Under the pieces are notes generated by a model. It was not told where the DNA came from. It saw only the letters and a list, made by a program, of their open reading frames with translations, and searched no databases. Shown here piece by piece: positions 38,051-51,949 of a stretch of 60,000 nucleotides of DNA. Source of the stretch: Camelus dromedarius (taxonomy: Eukaryota). Where the stretch lies: NCBI RefSeq assembly GCF_036321535.1, contig NC_087436.1, positions 72,852,001-72,912,000 on the forward strand. Direction: 5' to 3'. The translations under genes and the position numbers were made by a program. Numbering within the stretch: the first letter of the stretch is position 1; every line of letters starts with the position of its first letter.

Positions 38051-40679
38051 CTTGAAAATCCTGGCGATTCTAGAGAAACGGTAAATGCAAAAACTAAACT
38101 GTGAAGCATTTTATCAGTGTCTTAGGTAAGAAAGTGCAGAATGGATTAAAGTAGGAAGATGTCAAGGGGGGAAGGAGGAGTCCAAGGCACACCTGATCCA
38201 CACAGACACACAGTATATGAGCCAGGGACAGGGGAATGAAGGGCGAGGAGATGAATTTAAGAAGCAGTACTGACAGATCTGCTGTGCTCCAGAAAAGTCT
38301 TTTCTACTTTGCAAAATACACCTGACTTTAAATATAAACCACATGGCTCTGTATCTTGTACTTTACTAATTTCTCTGGCTGCCGTGCCCCTTTAAATGTA
38401 GCCAGTCTTTTAATAAACACCACACAGAGCATGACACCAAGAAGTGCCTTAACCAGCAGCTGCTGGATGCAGTGATTTGATCAGCCTCGGTTCATCCAAG
38501 CAACACAAATCCATGCCAGGGAAATGGTTGCCAGGCCCTGTTTTGATTGCTCACAGAACTCTCTCCTTTGCCAAATAAGCATGCCTTTAAATATTCCCAG
38601 CGTTATTTGGATTTAAAAACCCTTCCATGCCACCAAGCAGAAAATGACCTGTGATTTCTCTATGGAAATTTAAAACCTGGAAGAAAAATGAATCACACAT
38701 CCTGCACACCACCCCCCAAACCAGATGGGATCCTCTCTTCCTCTCTCATGGAAATGAGAAGGCTTATCAGCATTCCCCCTTTCGAAATGCACCTAAAATT
38801 CCAGTTGCTTTCATTTAATATTCATCAAGATCACATTATCTGAAAATTGAACAACTGTGACATCTAACATTTTCTGCCTATCAAGAGACCTGATGACACA
38901 GGGAACAGGATGGCAAAATCTACCCTTCCATCCCAGAGATGTTTATCAAGAAAAGGGAAAAGTTAATCCTATGGCAAAAGAATGATTAGTCCACCGTATT
39001 GTGTTTTTCTGTTAAGAAGTGAACTGCATGGTCTTAAAAATGTGAGAGCTGTGAAGATTCCCCTGATCCTGGGGGTGGTAAAACTTAATTGATCTTTTTC
39101 CCTTCCACCTTACTCTTTTCCAGCCCACATTCCCAAAATCAAAACAATGTTATGGGACAGAGTGAGTCTGTCTCATAAAACTGCACAGGCAAACTACATG
39201 CACTAGTGGGCCAGATCACAACACCATCTCATAAGTGGATGGGCACTATGATTAACATCTCAGAAACCCTTCATGAGATGCTGCATTTCAAAGATTCTAA
39301 AGCCAATAAAATAAGAAAGCACAAGGGCTACTGCAGGTCATTGATGTCAAAGTTTGTTTCTAAGAGTTGGTGAAAGGGATCAGAAGCAAGAACATCTTTC
39401 TTTGATAGCATGGGCAGATAGACAAGAAGTGGTCACCCTCCTTAGGTCACATAGATAGATGAGATGTGATGGATTCTCCTGCACCAAACTGAAGTGGAGG
39501 AACATAGCAAACACCTAAATGACTTGTTTTAAATATGGAATTTTCCTTAATTTGATGGAGGCTTTGATTAAACAGTGTGATTTCTTAGTCTTTTAGTGCA
39601 TGATTCTTATTCTCAAGCCATGTGATTAAAAGCCTTCACCATTGATATACTAGGTTTATTTTTCATAAAAGCTTCCTTCACTTACTAGAATAATGTTCAT
39701 TAAAATCTATGTAATAATTTTGTAAATGACATTAATATCAGGAACTCTTCTGAAATCCATTCTAAGGGTAATACACAATTATTATTACAATACTTTTTTT
39801 TGGTAAATCTCATTACAATGTTTATAATCTCTTGTATTTCTAAAATTTAGTTAGCTACATAGTTAGATCTCTGTGTAAGAGATTAAAAGGGGATACCAAA
39901 TTTTTAGCTATAAGTCTCACAAGCGTTAACAAAAAGAGAGAAAAAGGAAAACAAATATCTATAAATTTATCTTCCCAAACAGATATCTGATCTAAAAAAA
40001 GGGGGGGGGGGGAGCAACACAGAAGAGTTAAATGGTAGCAGCAAAGTTTGGAGAAAAGTTTCCTCTTAGTCTATGAAGTAGAGCCTAAGGGTCTAACATT
40101 CTAGTTCTTGGCTTCCAGGCATCTTCCCAAAGAGGAGTTTCTTCTTACAACCTTCTTAAGCCAAGAGGGGAGGAAGAAAGTTTTATATTTTTTAACTTAA
40201 TTTTCCTTCTTATCTTGCCAACTAGCTCCTTGAGACAGGGGAATGTAAATTCATGATGTCCTTGAAAAAGTGCAAAATTGGATGATGTATTGTAATTGAG
40301 GATTTCCATTTGTCTTACATTCAATGCCATTTCCTATAAAAATGTGAATGGGTCTGTCTCTCCAGGAAAAGAAAAATAAGTCCCACAGACATACTTGTTA
40401 CCCTCCTGGGCTACTAGGAAACACTTACACAGGGCACCAGTCAGGCCTGATCAGTAGGTCTTTTCGCCAGAAGGACTGTGCCAACCATTTCTGAGCTTAC
40501 AGGAGTGGACCTTCCCTTAGGGCTGCCCTTTTCCTTCTAGCTCTTTAAAGAAAGGAAAAAAGGGTTACGGTTTGAGTGTATTTCCTGTATTTAAAATTAT
40601 TCAAGGCTAGGAGACAAAGACGAACGGACAGGAAAAAAACTATTTTATTTTGTTTTTCGAGAATGCATGTGATGCCTCC

Positions 40680-41100
40680 TTTGTTCATTCTCCCTTGCTG
40701 GTTCCACCTCAACTCCACAAACCTCTAAATTTTGCAGTGCACTGAGGCTCAATGTTTTCTTATCTCTTCTCCTCTCCCTGCCTCCTCGCTCGGTGTTTCC
40801 TGGCCTCAAACACCTTACTGGTTACAATGCTCAACTTTGCTTCTATCCCAGATTTCTTCCCTCAATGCCAGCTGTTCCTAACATCTAACTGGCATTTCAA
40901 CCTAACTTCCAAAATGGAGCAAGAGATCTTCCCCCTCGAATGGGGTATTTCCTCATCTCAGTAAATGGCATCTACCTCTCTTTTCCCATTGCTTCTCTGA
41001 CCTCACCTTTAACTATTTTGTTCATTGTTGCATCCTTGGCACATGGAACAGGGCCTCCTGTGTATTATGTGCTCATAAGTACTGGCAGAATGAATCAGTG
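40680..41100 (+). mobile_element. L2 LINE fragment
   Basis: ttcctcatctcagtaaatggca...gctcataagtactggcagaatgaat. Confidence 0.55.
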
Positions 41101-41514
41101 TCTCAAGATAGAAAATAGAAAAGTAAAAATAGAATGCTTAAAGATTGGGGCTATCTGAAAACAAAATCCTAGAGTCATTTAGAAACAGGAAGGATTCCTA
41201 AAGATCATCTAATGCACTTCTTTATTTTACAGGTTGCAAGCTAAGTCTCTGAAAACTTAAGTGACTTGCTCAAGGTCACACAGTCACTCAACAGAAACAA
41301 TCTGCTCCCACTTCACATTAATTCCTCTTTCTAGAAGCTACTGTCCTTATTTGGACTTTTAAGCAATTATTTTTCAGAATTTCCCCCATTTATACAGCAT
41401 TCTGATCTCACAACATGATTCTAAGACTTTAGCATGGAAATTAACAACACACATTCTAGAGCCAGGTCTCTCCAAATTCATGTCAGCCTACTCCACTTAC
41501 CTGTGACCTTAAAC

Positions 41515-42177
41515 AAACTAAAAATCTTCTGCATAGGAAAGAAACAATTAAGAGACTGAAAAGGCAACCTATAGCCTCTATGGAAAATAGTATGGTGTTT
41601 ATTCCACAAATTTTAAATGGGGCAATCATATCATCCAGCAACATGGCTTCTGGGTATATATCCAAAAGAACTGAAATCAGGGTCTCAAAGAGAAAGTTGC
41701 ACTCCCATGTTTATTGTAGCATAATTCACAACAGCCATGTTGTGGAAACAAGCTAAATATTCACCAAGAGATGAATGGATAAAGAAAATGTGGTATATAC
41801 AGATAATGAATATTACACAGTCTTAAAAAAAAGAAAATCTCACAATATGTAGCCACATGGGTAAACCTGGAGGACATTATGCTAAGTGAAATAAGCCAGT
41901 CACAGAAGGCAAAACTATACATGACTCCACTTACATGAGTTACCTACATAGCCAGATGCACAGAAGCAGAGAGTCGAGTGGTGGCTACCAGGGACTACTG
42001 GGGAGAGGAAAAAAGGAGCTGTTGTTCAATGGCTATAAGTTTTAGTTACATAGGATGAATCGTTTCCAGAGATCTGTTGTGCAACCTCAGATGCCTATAG
42101 TTAAGAATGCTGTATTCTACACTCAAAATTTTGTTAAAAGGTAGGTTCCATGTCAAATGTTCTTACTACAATAAAAA
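41515..42177 (+). mobile_element. L1MA/L1MB 3' fragment with internal deletion
   Basis: ORF2-end motifs (gatgaatggataaagaaaatgtggtatata; gaaataagccagtcacagaag), ending ctacaataaaa. Confidence 0.88.
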
Positions 42178-42723
42178 CATTACAAAATACATTTAGGATA
42201 ATGAGGAAAAAGACTTTTTAACACTGTCCACGTCAGATTATGGAATGACCTCCCAAAGGAAATGTGAAAATGCCATTGTTTAAGACATTTGAAACCAGAC
42301 TGAAGAAAAGCACACAGACATATAAAGTTGGCTTTGTCCTTCTGACTACAGGGGCAACAAGACCCATACAAGCAAGACCTCAGACAGCGATGGATCCCAC
42401 AGGCTATGGGTGCTCCCCAGACCACCCACTAGTGTGAGGGAGGATAGAGGAAGACTGGGCTGGAGCTGGTGACTCACATCAGGACAACTTGCTCAGCATG
42501 TTCCTGGCTCAGTTACAATGTCCCCAAGGTGCTAGGAAAAGAGCACTTAACCCCAAGTCACCACACTCCCAGCTCAGAGAGGCTTCCAGGGAACACAGGA
42601 GGCTCTTCTCCACTCTGTCCTACTTTTGGAATTGTCCTGTGTTGTGTTTTGTTTTAAAACAAGAAACAACCCCTGTAGGAGACCAGAGCACACAATCTAT
42701 AAAGGACAGGCAGAACCTTAGAC

Positions 42724-42937
42724 CAGGAATCAACAAACTATGGCACAATAGCCAAATCTGGCTCACAGTCTGTTTCTCTAAATAAAGTTTTGTTGGAAGA
42801 TATCCAAGGCCATTCATCTGCATAGTGCCTATGGTTGCTTTCATAGCACAATCGCAGAGGTGAGTAGTTGTAAGAAAGGCCACATGGCCCACAGAATCTA
42901 AATTCTTATTGTCTGACTCTTTACTAAGGCTGGCTCT
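42724..42937. mobile_element. MER58A-like hAT MITE
   Basis: caggaatcaacaaactatggc...aaataaagttttgttggaa...catggcccaca. Confidence 0.8.
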
Positions 42938-43434
42938 GCTTCAGATTAATGACTTTGAGAATACTTTTTCAAGAAACTCTAAGGTAAAACATATTTTAAA
43001 AATTGTTGCCTTCTTCCCTTCTTTTAACTTATAAAATAGCAAAAAAAAAAAAAAAAAGTTTTAATTTGAATAGAATATGCCAACTTTTCTATGGATCCAG
43101 CCCAGAGATCTCCTGCTAGAGGCTGGAGCACACATCTGTAATGCCCAAAATGGTATAATGACAAAGACTGGAAGCACTAAAATAAAAAAGACCTGAAAGG
43201 GAATCCCAGATTTGCTATATACCACTGTGTGACCTTTGGCAAATTATGTTTCCTTTCTAGGCTTCATCTTGAAATAGAGTAAAAAAATATCCAGCTCATA
43301 GGGTTCCTGCAAGGAGAGAATGAATTACTGTATGTAAAGCACTTAGCCCAGTGCCTGGTACATTAGCATGTGCTCAAAACACTGCTTAGTTTTATGATTG
43401 CTACATTATCAACAACTTAAAATTTAGGGAGATC

Positions 43435-43751
43435 TGGTTACAAGGACGGGGAAGTATGTGGGAAGGGATAAATTGGGAGTTTGAGAGGTGCAGGTACTAT
43501 ATATAAAATAGATAAATAACAAGTTGATACTGTATAGCATAGGGAATTATATTCATATATCTTGTATATACCTATGGATATACAAGATATATTCAAATAT
43601 CTTGTAGTAACCTATAATGAAAAAGAATATGTATGTGTATGTATGACTGAAACATTATGCTGTGCACCAGAAACTGACACAACATTGTAAACTGACTATA
43701 GGTCAACTAAAAAGGTAAATAATAAATAACTCTGAAATTTAAAAAATAGAA
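43435..43751 (+). mobile_element. Lineage-specific short L1 3' end in BTC intron 2, with 10-bp TSD
   Basis: Same family as 13095-13597 (gggaagggataaattgggagtt...gacacaacattgtaaact). TSD tagggagatc at 43425-43434 and 43752-43761. Confidence 0.88.
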
Positions 43752-43822
43752 TAGGGAGATCACTGTTCTGAGACTGAATATAAAGCTGACAAAATACAAA
43801 CAAATCACTTGTTGAGCGTTAC

Positions 43823-43921
43823 CTGGGCAGTTTTCCCCGAGATCTCCACAGAGAAGGCCATCTTCTCCAGGACTCCTGGTTGAATTCCCATCTGCAATGA
43901 CGTAGTGGAGGATCACTAGAC
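43823..43921 (-). CDS. BTC: Betacellulin exon 2 (end of signal peptide, N-terminal extension): (G)LVILHYVIADGNSTRSPGEDGLLCGDLGENCP
   Basis: Translation matches the recalled BTC N-terminus (LVILHCVVADGNSTRSP...LLCGD..ENC). Acceptor tttgaag|GT, donor CAG|gtaacg. 99 bp, phase 1-1, joins exon 3 in frame. Confidence 0.97.
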
Positions 43922-44504
43922 CTTCAAATTCAAACAGAACCAAAACAAACATGAAAACATGCTCGACGTGAAAGATGCTATCAAAGTCATGACGATTTAT
44001 GAAAATAACAAACCTGTGTCTCCCATTTCCAAGTCATTCTCCCACCGCGGAGCGGCAGGGTAGGGGGCGTCCACAGGTTAGCCTGTCTCATATTTTAAGC
44101 TCAGGGCTCAAGACAGAATTCTCAAGCCAGCATCATTTATATCTGACAAGGCCTGGCCCCTTAAGTAGGGAGAACTGACCATAGCATGTGGTGCAGCCTT
44201 ATCCTACAAGCAGAAAAATAGAGGAAGTTCTCGGCCACTTGATGAATACACAGAATTTCCAGGGAGAAGGGATGGTGAGCCCCGTGTGGCAATGTATTTT
44301 CTCCATTCCACACAGACCCAGTATTTCTCAGGTATTAATTATTGTGTGTGCTTCCTTCTGGTGAGATGAAACCAGATACTCAGTTCATAGGGATTATTTA
44401 AAAATTTCACATTTCTCCAGCTAAGCATCTCTGTCTCTGAGGAGGACAGGCCTCATGGAAATGTATGAGGGAGAGAGGAACTCGTGTTGTGGCTAGGACA
44501 GCTC

Positions 44505-44890
44505 AGAATACAAAGTGTAGTCAACTGAGTGGGTCCTGATTCAAACAAACCAACAGTAAAAATCACTTAGAGATAATCAGGGAAACCTGACACGGCCTGG
44601 ACATTAGATAATATTAAGGACTTGTAGATAGTTTCAAGTGAGATAATGATATTGTGGTTTATATTTAAAAAAAAAAAAAAAACAGAGTCCACATCTCTTA
44701 CTTATTAATGAAATTAATGTATCTGAGACTTGCTTTAAAATAATCCAACAAGGGAAGAGGCGTGCGAAGTAGTGAGGGAAAGGGATAGATGAAACAAGAT
44801 TGGCCGTATATTGATGACTGTTGAAGCTGGTTCACTCTGCTGTTCTCTCTACTTTTATATGCATGTTTTTAAATTTCTATCATAAGAAGT
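44505..44890 (+). mobile_element. Ancient L1 (L1MC/L1ME) 3' end
   Basis: cctgattcaaacaaaccaac...gatgaaacaagattggcc...tgttgaagctgg. Confidence 0.7.
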
Positions 44891-46964
44891 TGGAGAGGAG
44901 AAAGGAGGGGAGGGCAGAGGAGAGGAGATAAGATGGCTCGGCAATTAGCTGGTCCTGAGTTCATCACCCGTTTTTGCCACCTTACAGCCATGAACCTTGG
45001 ACAAATTCATAATTTCTCAGTTCCCTCACTGGCAAAATAGAGATAATTATTATCTTTTCTGCAGAGCACTGTTGTGAGGATTCAATTAGGTAAGTACGTA
45101 AAGCACTTAATACAATGCTGACATGTAATCAATACTCAGTTCAATTACTCATCATTACGTAACTGGTAGGAATAGAATAACTTGCCCACTGGTTGTATTG
45201 ACATTTATACGTCTAGCCAAGGTCTCTAAACTACGCATGTCCTCCAACACAACTCAGTTCAACAAACATCCACGAGCACCCAGAAATACACAGGTGGATA
45301 GGACATGCTCTACTCTCACACTGCTCCAAAGCTACTAAGGCAGGTAATCAGCCAACCAAGTAACCAAAACACAAAGTGCTAGTATTGAACCAGAGAACAA
45401 CAGTCTACAAAGTTCAAAGGCCAAGAGTTTTCAAAAAGATTCTTTTCTATCCATTGAATTGGAAAATAATAATAAAAAGAGAGAGATGGTAACTAGCAAT
45501 GGAAACAGTGAAGAGAAATGGAAATTCATTTCCATCAGTGATGGGTAAATTAGGACTACTTTTCTAGAGGACAACGTGTGCTAAAAGCTCAAAAGTTGAA
45601 CAAATGCTTAAATCCAGTAATTTCATTTCTAGCAATTTGTCCTAAAGAAATACTTCAAGATACATTAAAAAGACATAGCTACAAATTTCTCTATAAGACA
45701 TAGGCTATAAAAAATTAGAATTTACCTAAATATCTAACAATAGAGAACTGATTAAATACATGGAAATACTTCCATGCAATAAAATGCTATTCAGCCACAA
45801 AAAAAATGATTTTCAAACATTTCAAAATATTCTTCAGTAAGACAAGCAGGCTATGGGATAGTAGTGTAGTGGGATCTGCGAGAGTGTTTGTCTGCATGTG
45901 TTTCTGATAAGTATAAAATTATCCATATAGATAAATAGTCAAAAAAAAGTGGGTAAGTAAGTAGATAGAGAGTTGCTCACAATGGTTAGAAAGAGATTTT
46001 TTTCCTTAATTTTCCTTATTTGTATTTTCTAATTTTTCTACTTGAATATTTTGTTTGTTACAACAAGAAGAAGAGAGTAACTCAATTTTTAAAAGAGTGC
46101 AATTTGGCCACTATATTTCTAGATTTTTCATATCTTTTATCTCAATACCTGGCTCCCTCCTTTCACACTTAGAACACATTAGAAATAATCATTTAGGACT
46201 TCTCAAGCCCAGAAATTGTATATCACTCATCTCTGTAATCCTGGTACCCAACACAGAACACAATGGATATTCAACAAATGTTTAAAGAATGACTAATCTT
46301 AGATCAATCTATAAAAAAATGAACAAGACAAACGTCAAGACCAAAGATCACAATATCAATTTCCAGTCGAAATTTTTAATCAATTTCTTTGTTTTATTAT
46401 AAAGCAGGTTTAACTCATTTTTAAAATCTCATACATGGGTTTTCTTCATGGGCATAATCAGGAGGCCTTAATTCTGGAGTTTCTCTCGCCTAATGGTGGA
46501 AATTTAAAAAAAAAAAAACAACTTCTAACTCTCCTAGAGATTCAATATCTGCAAACTGGGGGTGACAGCATCTCCTTCGCAGGGTTGTGTAAAAATTGAA
46601 TTAAATAATATACAAAAAGGCACACAAATTGCTTAGCACATAGATACAATTTTTCATCTTCTTAATCTCCATCACACTATCACTTATAATTTAACACATC
46701 ATTCTTTATTTCTACCCAACAGAGGAAATCTTGATTCCATTGAAACATTCCCTGGGCCTTGGAATATTCTGGCAGGCTGTGCCCAGGCCCTTGTCTTCTA
46801 AGACTCACTCCATATGCTGGCATCAGCTGGCAAAGGGATTCCACTGGGGTGACCCCTGGGGAGGACCCCTCAGAGTAGAGACATCCTCAGGCAGACCAGA
46901 CATCAAGCTCAAGGCTCTGGGAGAGTGTTCACTGTTCCTCCTACTCCCACTCAATAACCTTCAT

Positions 46965-47242
46965 CAGCTGGTGGTCATGAACCAAATGAACCCTGAAGAA
47001 CCATTGTTTTGGTCTGCACAGTTTTTAAAAATTGAATCATGACAGTTCATATAGAACCTGGATTTTTCTGCTTGTATTAAAAAAGCAGGTCTGGTGACAC
47101 AGATCTGAAACACTTTCATGGCAACAACTGGCTGGAGCCTACTAGCAGGTTACCCCCTTTAATGCCACAGATCCCATCAGGCATGTCACACCATTTATTT
47201 TAACTGCCTAGACTCTGACAGGCATTGGAGTGTTTGATCTGT
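46965..47242. mobile_element. MER102-like hAT element
   Basis: catggcaacaactggctggagc motif and tgttttggtctgcacag. Confidence 0.6.
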
Positions 47243-47971
47243 ATGGAGCAACCCAGAAATCAGAGAAACGCTCACAAGACCATCTACTCAATATTGAAGG
47301 CTGCTTCAGAGAGAAAGGACATTCCTGTTCCATCCATAATTCAACAGATATGTATTAGACAGTCTGTGTTTGGCATTGATGCAGGACACTGAAGGTTCAA
47401 AGATAAGAGAGGTAATCACTAACCTCAAGAAGCTCACATTCTGGCAAGGCAGACAGACACAGAAATGTATACGACATAGCATGGTAAGTACATCATAGGT
47501 AGCACGGGAATAACATAGGGTGCAGAACCAACTCTGCGTAGCAGCAAAGATTCACAGAAAAGGTGAGGACTATGGTTAGTTTTTAATGAGGAATAAATGA
47601 ATTTTAAAACTTCAATTAACAACTTCTAGAAAACAAAAACTGTGTAAGCAAGACAACATAATTATAGTATACCATTTGTTTCAGCAGTGAACAATATGTG
47701 CTCATAATAATGTAAATACTGATAGTTTAACAAAAATTTGTCATAAAATCAGGACCAGTAATTAGCTCACATGGACCATGTGGTTGTGGTGAATCATCAT
47801 CTGTGCTCTGCTGGTTCCTAAGTGTTTTGAGTATCACCCCTATAGTGACTCTATTGAAATTAGAAGAGAAAGTCAATAGGTAAATTCTAAACTTGACAAG
47901 GCAAGAAACAGCATTATAAGCAAATTGTTTAGCCATATGGAGGTGAATACAAAAGGTGAATACCATCACAT

Positions 47972-48282
47972 TGGGTATTTGGAGGTCAGGCCTTTGGTAG
48001 GTGATTAGGTCACAAGGATGAAGTTCTCACGTATGGACCAGGGCTCCTGTAAAAGAGACCCAGAAGCAAAGAGCTCCTCTGTCCCTTCTGCCATGTAAGG
48101 ACACAGCAGAAAGATGCTGCCTATGAACCAGAAAGCAGCCTCTCACCAGACATTGAATCTGCTAGAGCCTTCATCTTGAACTTATCAGCCTCCAGAACTA
48201 TGAAAAATACATGTTTGCTGTTTACAAGCCCGAGCCTCCTAGTCTATGTTATTTTATTATAAAAGCCCAAACTGCCTAAGGC
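47972..48282 (+). mobile_element. MLT1A-like MaLR LTR (5'-truncated)
   Basis: gtatttggaggt...ggtgattaggtca...ctctcaccagaca...cagcctccagaact...ctaaggca. Confidence 0.85.
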
Positions 48283-49111
48283 ATGGAGAGAAATCTAGTT
48301 TTAGATACTCTTCTTTGAAGGTGACTATGGCTCATTTAGCGATAGTAAATGGATATTAGATCTAGAACTCTGGCATCAAGTCCAAGCTACGAGCTCTATA
48401 TTTGGGAATCATGAAAAACAAACAGGTATTTAATACCATGGATGTGGGTCTGTTGGAAAGAGCCATATAAAAAGAGAAAGCTGATTAAGGATGGAATCCT
48501 GAAAAAAAATTATAATAGAGGGGCAGAGATGTTCAAGGGACAAAGAAGGAAGAGCTACAGAACTAAGAAGACATTTTTTTCTCGAAGAACTTGATCGACT
48601 GTATAAAAATTGATGGAGAATTAAAGATAAGAACTGAAGTATATGCATTGGATTTGACAACAAAAACACTAACAGTATATAGCTAGAAAAATAGTAATAG
48701 CATGAAAAATGTGCAAATAATTGTAGATTATTATTCAAAGATGTTGAACTAAGAAAGAGAGATGCAAGATTAGTCAATATGTACAGAAAAAAAGAGGATT
48801 GTTTTGTTCTTGTTTTTTTTTAATATGAAAGATAATTGACAGGAAGATGCCAAAGGTACGAGAGAGGTAAAGGATGGATTAGCAACAGAAGCAGAAGAGG
48901 CTAGAAAGTTAAACCCAAAAGGCAGGGTCTCTTCTACAACTGCAATGTAGTCCTTTGCAGTCAAAGTTAGCAGTTTTGGCAAATATAACTTTATTTTGAG
49001 TGAATGGAAAGTCTTTGGAAAATAAGAGCTTGAAAGTATTTTATAGGCAATACATCTTACCTCATTGCTCAAGGAAATCCAAGTTCTGGCTAAAACGAGT
49101 GGGAAACATCT

Positions 49112-49340
49112 AATGGGTTCCTCAGCTTTTACACTACTGGCATTTGGGGCTGGGAACTCTTTGTTGTGGGATGCTGTGCATTGTACAGTGACGAGCAGCA
49201 TCCCTGGCTTTTGCTCATGAAATGTCAGTAGCATCCTACCTCCCTTCCTCTGCCCACTCCTGAGATGTCACAATGAAAACTGTCCCCAGACATTGCCTAA
49301 TGTTTCCTTGGGGGAGAAATTACCCTGGTTAGAATCTTTG
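49112..49340. mobile_element. MER20/MER3-like hAT MITE
   Basis: cagcatccctggc...tgtccccagacattgcctaatgtttccttgggg. Confidence 0.75.
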
Positions 49341-49784
49341 CAATTATCTCCAAACCCTTTTAATATTTTTTATCTAAAACATAGCTTTCATTTTTAATAT
49401 CTTCGTTTAAGTTAATTGCATAGCCTCAAAGGCTCAAATTTTTACTTCTTAAAAATAATTTATTAGGGAAAGTGCCATCCTCATGTGGAAATATCACCAG
49501 ACTTAGCCATCAATTCACCGTATGACCTTGAGCTAATTAACATACTATCCTGACCTTTTTCCTGAAGAGAAATTTGGATCATAATTTCCCTGCCTATTCT
49601 GTTATCTAGTTCACAAAAATCAAGGGAAATAGTATAGCAAAAGAATTTGTAAAGGAACATAATTTATTCAAGTTATCTTGTATATAAAATACACATGGAT
49701 TGTATTTTAGAGAAAATGAAAGAAAATGTGGTACTTAGATTTGAAAAACATAAGATTTTCATTCAAAAGAGTCACAAATTATAT

Positions 49785-50600
49785 TAAATTTCAGAATTAG
49801 TATGAACCTTAGAAAAAAGAGGTATTCAACCTCCTACCAGCCAACTCACAACTGCCCTGAAAACATCACCTGGAAGAGTTCATGAAGCCCGCCTTTAAAG
49901 TTTCAGCCCAGAGACTTCACTCTCTTCTAAGGCCCATTTCAATGAGACCATTCATCTCTTCCTTCAATCATACTCATTCATTCATTAAAAAAAAAATTAA
50001 GCACCTATTTCTAAAGCTCCATAGATGCTTCTTTATGTGGAATTGGTTTTTGCTTTCCTATAATTTTACTCTGCTCATTGGAATCACCTAGAATAAGTTT
50101 AATCTCTCTTTCCTATGACAGATCTTCATATATGTGAAGCCAGATATCAGTTCTTCCTGAAAGAATTTCTTTCTCAAGCTAGACATCCTGATTCCTTTAA
50201 CCATATCTTACCTGACATCATCAAGACCTCTCATAAGCCTTGTCATCCTCCCTTAAATACAAGGTTAAAATAAAGTATCATTTCACACACTCTGGCAAAG
50301 ATAGAATAGAGTGGGGCTCTTAGCCTCCACATTGTGGGCACCATATTTCTGATAATGCACCCCCATTGCGTATCAGCCCTTTTAAACCAACTATATCATT
50401 AAATACGGGGGTTTTATTCAGCTTAGAATAAAATGAAGCTCCTAAATCTTTTATACTACTGGAAAGCAGTATATTGATGGCTGTTTTGTTCTTTTTGTTT
50501 TTGTTCTGTTTGTTTCATTTTAATTTTCACCTAAAAATGATTTTGCACTTGCGTTGAATTTTACCTGTCATCCAAATATTTCACAGTCTTTTGGTTTTCT
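49785..50600 (-). mobile_element. L3/CR1 LINE relic
   Basis: ttctcaagctagacatcctgattcctttaaccat and related CR1-like motifs. Confidence 0.55.
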
Positions 50601-51949
50601 TGGTCTTTCATTCAACCTATTATTTGTGCTTCCCTGCTGCACATGACCTACAGGATTCTCAGATGCATTCAAGCAATAAAAACAAAGTAAAACAAAATAA
50701 TGTTAGATTTGTTGTATTTACTAAGTGACTGGAAATTGAATCCCTATTTCTGGGGCTGTTTTTTTAAGCATCAATTCCATTCATAAAATTAAGGACAAAA
50801 AGGAAAAGAAACCAAATTCTGCTTTAGTGAGTCAAAGCTCCACTTACTTTTATGCACTTTGAGATTCTCAAGTTAAAAATTATATAGTGTATTAAAAGTG
50901 TTATCCCCATCAGCCAACATGGGGAATGAACTCACTGGGAACAATACAAGCATTCAAAAAGACATAGCTTGACAAGGAGAATGACTACTGTCTCAAAGTT
51001 ACTACTTATGCTGAGGTAAGTCCTATACCAGCTGGGTCAACTACTTAAAAAGATCAAATGTGACCAACCTAAACAGTCATACACGTTGTATTTGCCTCAT
51101 CTCTGAGCCGAACTTTCCATTTTTAGAGCCAAGTGCATTTTATATGTTCAAAATAAATATAACATTATCACAAAATGTCCATTCATCTGTATTCTGACAA
51201 CTTACTTAGGACATCTTCTTAGATATCCTAACTTTTACTTGTGTCTACTAAATCCAGTAATTTCCTATGATATCATATCAATCTTATTTCAGGATTTGAA
51301 CCACACTCCATTTCCCATTAGACACTCCAACTGTAAGTCAAAGGAGAATGTATCTACTTATGAATATAAACAGAAATTGGAAGAATATTTCATAGTAAAA
51401 TCCCTGAAACTTTATTTGTATTAGAAGGAAGCAGTATAGAATAATAGGAAAAGGATAGATCTGGAGTCAAATGGAGCTGGAACTGAATCTTGAATGTACC
51501 TTTTAATCACCAGATTTGTGATTATGATTAAGTGACTCAACACTGAACGTCAGGGTCCCCATCTGAATCTTGAGTGTGCATGCTATACACAAAAAGTCTT
51601 TTCTAATTCTAAAGAGAAGACATGTCTAACACTGAGTTGAAAAAATTATTAGGGGGTGAAAATGCTGTTTTAACATTGTGCATGTGGGTGGCTGAGACAA
51701 AAACTGTGAAACAGATTGACTTTGAGGTTTTTCTTCATCTTTTTTTGTTAACTCCTTTCCTATCTTTTTCATTGTTGTCTTTTCCCCTCCTGTAAACCAG
51801 TATCCTCCTACTGCTTTAATGTTACCCCAAATAGAACAGAATTCCTTAATAGATTTCCCTTTCTAGATGTGTTTGCTTTCAATACAATTCTCTCCTGCAG
51901 GGAGACAAATTGCTTAACTCAACAGAAATACTCTAGCATCAAGTGCTTC

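Noticed and set aside
43707..43952. 81-aa minus-strand ORF as a standalone gene
   Set aside because: Only 43823-43921 is real (BTC exon 2); the rest is open intron sequence.
48430..49234. 115-aa and 154-aa minus-strand ORFs
   Set aside because: They run through a MER20-like MITE and AT-rich repeat relics, with no domain or splice support.
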